Positions 18,433-25,013 of a stretch of 29,017 nucleotides of DNA are shown here, one piece after another. The notes beneath the pieces are model-generated. The model made no database searches and had not been told where the DNA came from. It was given only the letters and a program-made list of their open reading frames with translations. A program made the position numbers and the translations under genes. Origin of the DNA: Acutalibacteraceae bacterium. GTDB lineage: Bacteria; Bacillota; Clostridia; Oscillospirales; Acutalibacteraceae. Location: positions 1-29,017 of the forward strand of contig JAZUMM010000108.1 in the NCBI GenBank assembly GCA_045603625.1. Reading direction: 5' to 3'. Within the stretch, counting starts at the first letter, position 1. Each line of letters starts with the position of its first letter.

Positions 18433-19335
18433 ATGAATCCGTTAATTCAGTTTAAACTTGGCATAACAAGATTTTTAGGGCCGGATAAATGGAACGATGT
18501 TCTTTTAAAAAACGGTTTTAAAAAGTTTAAAAAGGCTCAGCCGGATTTGGCTGCTGAGGTTGAAAAAAATATAAAATACAAAGGTATTCACAAGGGTGAA
18601 AGGTGCTTTATAATCGGTAACGGACCATCTCTTAAGGAGCAGGATTTATCTGTTTTGGGTGACGAGTATGTGCTTACCTGTAATCAGATTATGAGGAATC
18701 CTGTTTTTCCGAGTCTTCGCACTAATTATCACTTTTGGGCAGACCCTTCGTTCTTTGCTTTGAGTCCTGACAGGCCGGAGGATATGGAAATTTTGGAGGT
18801 TATGCTCAGTGTTAATACCGAAGGCAACAGACCTGTTAACTTCTTTGCTCAAGAGGGCTATGATTTTGCAAAAAGGTTTAACCTTCAAGAAAAGCTTGAT
18901 ATTGCATTTTATTCGCACCGTCTGGAATTAACAGATGACTTTAATAACGGAATTCATTTCGACAAATTCACGCCTAATTTACATACGGTTGTTCATTATG
19001 CTGTTGCTATGGCAATATATATGGGTTTTTCTGAAATATATCTTTTAGGTTGCGATTGTACAAATGTTATTACTGCAGCAAACACTCGTCTTATGGCAGG
19101 TGATGGCGCAGAGTATGCATACAAAATTTCCGAAAATGAGAAAAAACGTATGATGAACAGGAACAATGCAATATCTATGGAGGATGAGCTTAAAAGCTTC
19201 TACGAGGTATTTAAGGGCTACAGAGTTTTGCGTGATATTTGCGAAAAATCTGGTATTAAGCTTTACAACTGCACAGCAGGCGGTCTTTTGGATTGCGTTG
19301 AAAGAAAAAAATATGAAGATGTAATAGGAAGGTAA
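18433..19335 (+). CDS. Maf/DUF115-like protein with CstII-type sialyltransferase-fold motifs; candidate ulosonic-acid transferase
   Basis: RCFIIGNGPSL...VLTCN and TVVHYAVAMAIYMGFSEIYLLGCD parallel CstII VIIAGNGPSL...VFRCN and TSGVYMCAVAIALGYKEIYLSGID. Confidence 0.75.
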   Translation: MNPLIQFKLGITRFLGPDKWNDVLLKNGFKKFKKAQPDLAAEVEKNIKYKGIHKGERCFIIGNGPSLKEQDLSVLGDEYVLTCNQIMRNPVFPSLRTNYHFWADPSFFALSPDRPEDMEILEVMLSVNTEGNRPVNFFAQEGYDFAKRFNLQEKLDIAFYSHRLELTDDFNNGIHFDKFTPNLHTVVHYAVAMAIYMGFSEIYLLGCDCTNVITAANTRLMAGDGAEYAYKISENEKKRMMNRNNAISMEDELKSFYEVFKGYRVLRDICEKSGIKLYNCTAGGLLDCVERKKYEDVIGR

Positions 19336-19339
19336 TGTT

Positions 19340-20104
19340 ATGAAAATAATCGGTGTTATTCCTGCAAGATATAAGTCCTCTCGTTTTCCCGGCAAGCCAC
19401 TTGCTGATATCTGTGGCAAGCCAATGATATGGTGGGTATATAATCAGTGCAAAAAGGTTGAAGATTTTGATGCTGTTTACGTTGCAACAGATGATGATAA
19501 AATCTTTGACACGTGTAAAAGTCTTGGCATTGAGGTTATTATGACCTCTGATACACATAAAACAGGTACTGACAGAATCGGAGAGGTTGCACGCAAAATA
19601 CCTGCAGAGCTTATTGTTAACATTCAAGGGGATGAGCCTCTTTTGGAGCCTGCAACAATTAAGGCTGCAATAGAGCCGTTCTATTCAAATCCTGACCTTG
19701 AAATTTCTAATCTTATGACTAAAATCACAGACCCTATTGAGGTTGTGAATTTTACGGTTCCTAAGGTTATTACTAATAAAGACGGTATAGGTGTCTACCT
19801 TACAAGAGCAACTGCTCCGTATCCGAAGGGGAGCCTCGATTACGCATATTACAAGCAGGTGTGCGTATACGGCTTTAAGCCTGAGGCATTACAATTTTAC
19901 TGTGATTACGGTATGAAGTTCGGTAAGGCAAGGGTAGAAGCAGTTGAGGATATTGAAATATTACGTTTTATTGAAAACGGTTATAAGGTTCAGTATATTG
20001 AGGTTGATTCTGATACCGTTGCAGTTGATACACCTAACGACTTGGAAAAGGTCAGAAAAATTGTGGCAGAAAAGATTAATGCAGGGGAAATAAGTAATAA
20101 TTAA
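19340..20104 (+). CDS. kdsB: KdsB-type 3-deoxy-ulosonate cytidylyltransferase
   Basis: IPARYKSSRFPGKPL, VATDD, TGTDR, VNIQGDEP, VDTPNDL are KdsB signatures rather than NeuA signatures. Confidence 0.88.
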   Translation: MKIIGVIPARYKSSRFPGKPLADICGKPMIWWVYNQCKKVEDFDAVYVATDDDKIFDTCKSLGIEVIMTSDTHKTGTDRIGEVARKIPAELIVNIQGDEPLLEPATIKAAIEPFYSNPDLEISNLMTKITDPIEVVNFTVPKVITNKDGIGVYLTRATAPYPKGSLDYAYYKQVCVYGFKPEALQFYCDYGMKFGKARVEAVEDIEILRFIENGYKVQYIEVDSDTVAVDTPNDLEKVRKIVAEKINAGEISNN

Positions 20105-20113
20105 GAGGTGCTT

Positions 20114-21688
20114 ATGAGCAAAATCAATGTACTTGACTGCACGTTACGTGATGGCGGTTATTGTAACAATTGGATGTTCGGCAAACAGAATATCGGCAGA
20201 ATTATTAATGCTCTTGTAGAAGCAGACGTGGAAATAATTGAGTGCGGTTTTTTAACTCAAAAGGTTGAATATGATGTTAACTCCACTCAGTTTACAGATG
20301 TTTCACAGGTTGGTAGCTTTATACCTGCAAACAAACACGGCAAGCTTTTTGTTTGTATGATTAATTTCGGTGAGTTTTCTGTAGAAAATTTACCTTCTGC
20401 AGAGGATACGTCTTTAGATGGTATTCGCGTTGCTTTTCACAAAAAAGATATGGTTGAAGCCATGGCGTTTTGCAAGCAAATAAAAGAAAAGGGCTACAAG
20501 GTTTTTGTTCAGCCTATGGTTTCTTTAGGGTATACAGAGGAAGAATTCAGCGCCTTGATTTCTCTTGCAAATGATATAATGCCACACGCATTTTATATTG
20601 TAGATAGCTTTGGTGTTATGAAGCAAAAAAACCTCTTCAGACTTTTTAAAATTGTTGAAGAGGAATTGGATGAAAATGTAATTGTCGGCTATCATTCTCA
20701 TAATAATATGCAGTTGGCTTATTCAAATGCTCAGTCTCTTGCGGATGCAGATACTGAAAGAAGCTTGATAATTGATTCCAGTATTTTTGGTATGGGACGC
20801 GGTGCAGGTAACCTTAACACAGAGCTTTTTGTAGAATATCTTAATGATAATAACGGTAAAAGCTATGTGCTTCGCCCGTTACTTGTTGTAATTGATGATA
20901 TTTTAAATAATTTTCACGAAACAAATTATTGGGGCTATTCTTTGCCGAACTATTTATCTGCAAAGCACAATGCACACCCCAATTATGCAACGTACCTTGA
21001 TTCTAAAAAGACACTTACCGTTGAAGCGATTGATGAAATCTTCGGTATGATGGCTGAAGATAAAAAATCATCATTTGATAAAAAATATATGGAAGAGCTT
21101 TACCTTAAATATATGATGAAGGGTAATGTTAACGAGAAGAAGCTTTTTGAATTAAAAGAACAGCTTTGTGGTAAAACGGTGTTGATTATTGCTCCGGGTA
21201 GCAGCTCTGTAACGGAAAAGGATAAAATAATTTCCTTTGCCCAACAGGAAAACGTTATAACGATAAGCGTTAATTTTCATTACGATGAATGTGAAACTGA
21301 TTTTATTTTCCTCAGTAATCTTCGCAGATTCAGAAAAATGAAGAAAGGTAAAGAAAAATGCATTGTAACCTCCAATATACCTGCAGAGAATGTGTACCTG
21401 CAAACAGATTACCAAAGTCTTCTGAATGATTATGAGGGTGTGAAGGATAATGCAGGTATGATGCTTGTTAAGTTTCTTATAGAGCTTGGTGTTAAAAATA
21501 TTTGCCTTGCGGGATTAGACGGTTACTCTATTGATGCTACAAAAAACTTTGCGGATGAAGCAATGAATTTCTTTACACAAAAAAGAATTTTTGAAACTAT
21601 GAATGAGGGTATGAATCAGGCTCTTGGTGAATATAGTAAGTTAATTAATATTCAATTTATAACAACACCTAAGTATGTAAAAATATAA
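20114..21688 (+). CDS. DRE-TIM metallo-aldolase (4-hydroxy-2-oxovalerate aldolase-like) fused to a C-terminal CstII/Maf-like domain
   Basis: LDCTLRDGGY, YIVDSFG, YHSHNN, DSSIFGMGRGAGN; C-domain KTVLIIAPGSS...ITISVN...LIELGVKNICLAGLDGY; ATG at 20114 follows AGAGG. Confidence 0.8.
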   Translation: MSKINVLDCTLRDGGYCNNWMFGKQNIGRIINALVEADVEIIECGFLTQKVEYDVNSTQFTDVSQVGSFIPANKHGKLFVCMINFGEFSVENLPSAEDTSLDGIRVAFHKKDMVEAMAFCKQIKEKGYKVFVQPMVSLGYTEEEFSALISLANDIMPHAFYIVDSFGVMKQKNLFRLFKIVEEELDENVIVGYHSHNNMQLAYSNAQSLADADTERSLIIDSSIFGMGRGAGNLNTELFVEYLNDNNGKSYVLRPLLVVIDDILNNFHETNYWGYSLPNYLSAKHNAHPNYATYLDSKKTLTVEAIDEIFGMMAEDKKSSFDKKYMEELYLKYMMKGNVNEKKLFELKEQLCGKTVLIIAPGSSSVTEKDKIISFAQQENVITISVNFHYDECETDFIFLSNLRRFRKMKKGKEKCIVTSNIPAENVYLQTDYQSLLNDYEGVKDNAGMMLVKFLIELGVKNICLAGLDGYSIDATKNFADEAMNFFTQKRIFETMNEGMNQALGEYSKLINIQFITTPKYVKI

Positions 21689-21707
21689 AAAAGCAGGTAA
21701 TTGCAAA

Positions 21708-22805
21708 ATGAAAAAAGTTATGCTTGTTTTCGGTACAAGACCGGAAGCTATAAAAATGTGTCCGTTAGTAAACGAATTAAAAAGCAGAAAAGAGCTTCAG
21801 ACAGTTGTGTGTGTTACAGGTCAACACCGTCAGATGCTTGACCAGGTGCTTGAAGCATTTTCTGTAACACCGGACTACGACCTTTCAATTATGAAAGAAC
21901 GTCAGACTCTTTTTGACGTAACAACAAATATTCTTAATTCAATTAAAGAGGTTCTTGAAAAGGAAAAGCCGAACGTAGTTCTTGTACACGGTGACACTTC
22001 CACAACGTTTGTTACAGCGCTTGCTTGTTTTTATTTGCAGATTCCTGTTGGTCACGTTGAGGCAGGCTTAAGAACCTACAATATTTATTCACCATATCCT
22101 GAAGAGTTCAATCGTCAGGCGGTAGGTATTGTGAGTCAATTCAATTTTGCTCCCACAGAGCTTTCCAGAGATAATCTTCTGAAAGAAGGTAAATGTGCCG
22201 ATAATATTTATATTACAGGTAACACTGCTATTGACGCACTTAAAACAACAGTTAAAGAAAATTATACTCATCCTGAGCTTGAATGGGCAGAGGGTAGCAG
22301 GCTTATTATGATTACTGCTCATCGTCGCGAAAATCTTGGTGAACCAATGAAGAATATGTTCAGGGCAATTCGCAGAGTTATGGATGAAAATCCTGATGTT
22401 AAAGCGATTTACCCTATCCACATGAATCCTGTTGTTCGAGAAACTGCAAATGAGTTTTTAGGTGATGATGAAAGGATTCACATTATTGAGCCTCTTGAGG
22501 TTCTTGATTTTCACAATTTCCTTAATAAAAGCTATCTTATTCTTACAGACTCAGGTGGTATTCAGGAGGAGGCACCGTCTTTGGGTAAGCCTGTTCTTGT
22601 TATGAGAGATACAACTGAACGTCCTGAGGGAATTAAGGCAGGTACCCTTAAGCTTGTGGGAACAGAAGAAGAAACAATCTATAATGAATTTACAAAGCTT
22701 CTTACAGATGAAAAAGAATATAATAAAATGAGTCAGGCATCAAATCCGTATGGTGATGGCTTTGCTTGTAAGAGAATAGCGGATATTCTTATTGAAAAGT
22801 TATAA
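21708..22805 (+). CDS. wecB: UDP-GlcNAc 2-epimerase, non-hydrolysing (WecB/MnaA)
   Basis: FGTRPEAIKM, TGQHRQML, VHGDT, HVEAGLR, TAHRREN, TDSGGIQEEAPSLGKP, NPYGDG. Confidence 0.96.
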   Translation: MKKVMLVFGTRPEAIKMCPLVNELKSRKELQTVVCVTGQHRQMLDQVLEAFSVTPDYDLSIMKERQTLFDVTTNILNSIKEVLEKEKPNVVLVHGDTSTTFVTALACFYLQIPVGHVEAGLRTYNIYSPYPEEFNRQAVGIVSQFNFAPTELSRDNLLKEGKCADNIYITGNTAIDALKTTVKENYTHPELEWAEGSRLIMITAHRRENLGEPMKNMFRAIRRVMDENPDVKAIYPIHMNPVVRETANEFLGDDERIHIIEPLEVLDFHNFLNKSYLILTDSGGIQEEAPSLGKPVLVMRDTTERPEGIKAGTLKLVGTEEETIYNEFTKLLTDEKEYNKMSQASNPYGDGFACKRIADILIEKL

Positions 22806-22842
22806 AAAATTCGGACTAAATTTAATTTAGTCCGAATTTTTT
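22804..22842. terminator. Bidirectional terminator between convergent wecB and oadB
   Basis: Perfect 17 bp inverted repeat aaaaaattcggactaaa / tttagtccgaatttttt with a 5 nt loop. Confidence 0.92.
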
Positions 22843-22853
22843 TGTTTTGTTAA

Positions 22854-24041
22854 TTATTTTGGTCCAAAAACTGCAAGCAAGAAGCCTGCTGCAACTGCAG
22901 AGCCTATAACACCTGCAACGTTTGGTCCCATAGCGTGCATAAGAAGGAAGTTTGTTGGGTTATATTTTCTGCCTTCGTTTTGTGCAACACGTGCCGCCAT
23001 AGGTACTGCAGAAACGCCTGCCGCACCAATAAGCGGATTAATTTTGCCTTTTGTAACAACGTAAAGAAGCTTGCCGAAGAGTACGCCGCCTGCAGTTGAG
23101 AAAGAAAAAGCAATAAGACCGAGAAGGATAATTTTAAGTGTTTGTGATTGTAAGAAGGTTTCGCCGTCTGCTGTTGCACCAACGCACACACCAAGCATAA
23201 TTGTTACTATGTTCATAAGTGCGTTTTGTGCTGTATCAGAAAGTCTGTCGGTAACACCGCATTCACGGAAAAGGTTACCGAGCATTAACATACCAAGAAG
23301 CGGTACAACATCAGGAAGAAGAAGTGCGCAGAAAATAAGAACTGCAACAGGGAAGATTATTTTTTCTGCTTTTGAAACCTTTCTTAATTGCTTCATTTCA
23401 ACCTTACGCTCTTTTTCTGTTGTAAGGAGTTTCATGATTTTTGGTTGAATGAAAGGAATGAGTGCCATGTACGAATATGCCGCCAAGGCAATCGGCGCTA
23501 ACAATTTTGGTGCAAGTTGAGATGTAAGGAAAATAGCGGTAGGACCGTCTGCACCGCCGATGATTGCAATAGATGCAGCCTCATGTCCTTCAAATCCAAG
23601 AAAGACAGCAATTAAAAATGCCATATAAACACCTAATTGTGCGGCAGCACCTAAAAGAAGGCTGACAGGGTTTGAAAGAAGGGGACCAAAGTCTGTCATA
23701 GCACCTACGCCCATAAATATAAGGCAAGGGAATATGTTTGATTTAACACCAACGTACAGAATTCGCAGGAAGCCCGATTCAAACCAATGTTTTGATGCGT
23801 CGGCTGTGGTTCCTATACTACCTAACTCACCACCGGTGGTGTCAAGCATAACGTTGGCACCCGGGAGATTTGCTAAAAGAATACCAAATGCAATGGGAAC
23901 CAGAAGAAGCGGTTCAAATTTGAATCTGATTGCCAACACCAGGAAGAAAATGGCAACACCAATCATTATCAAATTTTCTACCTGAAGAGTAGCAAAACCG
24001 GATTCTTCCCAGAGATTTAATAAAATGTCTGAAAAATTCAT
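22854..24041 (-). CDS. oadB: Na+-translocating decarboxylase beta subunit
   Basis: FEPLLLVPIAFG, GVGAMTDFGPL, IIGGADGPTAIF, LAAYSYMALIP, GVSAVPMAARV, HAMGPNVAGVIGS. Confidence 0.96.
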   Translation of the reverse strand: MNFSDILLNLWEESGFATLQVENLIMIGVAIFFLVLAIRFKFEPLLLVPIAFGILLANLPGANVMLDTTGGELGSIGTTADASKHWFESGFLRILYVGVKSNIFPCLIFMGVGAMTDFGPLLSNPVSLLLGAAAQLGVYMAFLIAVFLGFEGHEAASIAIIGGADGPTAIFLTSQLAPKLLAPIALAAYSYMALIPFIQPKIMKLLTTEKERKVEMKQLRKVSKAEKIIFPVAVLIFCALLLPDVVPLLGMLMLGNLFRECGVTDRLSDTAQNALMNIVTIMLGVCVGATADGETFLQSQTLKIILLGLIAFSFSTAGGVLFGKLLYVVTKGKINPLIGAAGVSAVPMAARVAQNEGRKYNPTNFLLMHAMGPNVAGVIGSAVAAGFLLAVFGPK

Positions 24042-24062
24042 AGTTTGTTTCCTTTGCTTTAA

Positions 24063-24479
24063 TTAGATAACTGCAAGAACATCATCTGTGTTAACTGTTG
24101 TACCCTTTGGAGCATTAATTGATTTAACAGTACCGTCACAAGGAGCAACAATATCGTTTTCCATTTTCATAGCTTCAAGAACACAAATAACGTCGCCTGC
24201 TTTAACTGCATCGCCAACGCTCTTTTTAACTGCAAGGATTGTACCCGGCATCGGAGCTTTAACCTGTGTACCGTCTGCACTGACAGGAGCAGGTGCAGCA
24301 GGTGCAGCAGGAGCTTCTGCAACAGGAGCTGCAGGTGCTTCAGCAACAGGTGCAGCAACGGGAGCAGCTGCAGGTGCAGCAACAACAAAAGGAACTTGTG
24401 AAACGCCTGTAACAACAGCATCACTTTCTGTAACGTCTACTTCATAAATTTTACCGTTTAATGTAACATTATATTTCAT
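24063..24479 (-). CDS. Stand-alone biotin carboxyl carrier subunit (MmdC/GcdC/OadH type)
   Basis: KYNVTLNGKIYEVDV, Ala-Pro linker, APMPGTI, LEAMKMEN biotinylation site. Confidence 0.95.
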   Translation of the reverse strand: MKYNVTLNGKIYEVDVTESDAVVTGVSQVPFVVAAPAAAPVAAPVAEAPAAPVAEAPAAPAAPAPVSADGTQVKAPMPGTILAVKKSVGDAVKAGDVICVLEAMKMENDIVAPCDGTVKSINAPKGTTVNTDDVLAVI

Positions 24480-24482
24480 AAC

Positions 24483-25001
24483 TTAGTCCTCCACTAATTT
24501 AATTGAGTTAAATATAAGATTTTCTAAAGGTATACCTGTTTTATCGGATGTGATAGCCATAATTGCGGCAGCATCCTGTTCTTCAATATTTTCAAGAACA
24601 GGGTCCTGATTAAGTCTTTTGATTGTTTTAAAATCAAGCCTTGAAAGGTCAATACCTGTTCTGTGTGATGTAATAGCCATTAAAACGGCTGCATCTTGCT
24701 CGGAAACTCCGTCAAGAACAACGTACCCCGGAATATGAGGAATTGCATCTTCTTTTGCCTCTTCTGCAGATTCTGCAATAACCTCAACAGGAGCAGAAGC
24801 TGTTTCTGTGGAAGATGTGTTTTCTTCTGCAGGGGCAGAATCTTTGCTTTTTTCTTTTTTATTTCCAACTATTTTTGAAAGTAAAATAACAAAAATAGCA
24901 AGAACGGCAAGAACGGAAAGCACTATTACGAAACCGAAGCCTGATACCTTTAATGCTTCAGGTATTGAGAGTTTTTCTAATTGAAAAGGAAGAAATATCA
25001 T
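24483..25001 (-). CDS. oadG: OadG/MmdD-type membrane anchor subunit with a duplicated C-terminal domain
   Basis: Single N-terminal TM (GFGFVIVLSVLAVLAIFVILLSKIV), acidic linker, two EQDAAxxMAITS repeats; position within the operon. Confidence 0.85.
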   Translation of the reverse strand: MIFLPFQLEKLSIPEALKVSGFGFVIVLSVLAVLAIFVILLSKIVGNKKEKSKDSAPAEENTSSTETASAPVEVIAESAEEAKEDAIPHIPGYVVLDGVSEQDAAVLMAITSHRTGIDLSRLDFKTIKRLNQDPVLENIEEQDAAAIMAITSDKTGIPLENLIFNSIKLVED

Positions 25002-25013
25002 ATTTAATCCTCC

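Noticed and set aside
19340-22805. Sialic acid (NeuA/NeuB/NeuC) pathway
   Set aside because: The cytidylyltransferase has KdsB motifs (PARYxSxRFPGK, QGDEP), not NeuA motifs (PARGGSK, QPTSP); the epimerase is the non-hydrolysing WecB type; the aldolase is DRE-TIM, not NeuB. The PglD/NeuD-like gene fits the bacillosamine module better.
24289-24390. Short tandem nucleotide repeats (gcaggtgca...) as a repeat array or CRISPR
   Set aside because: They encode the ordinary Ala-Pro linker of the biotin carrier; there is no repeat-spacer structure and no cas gene.
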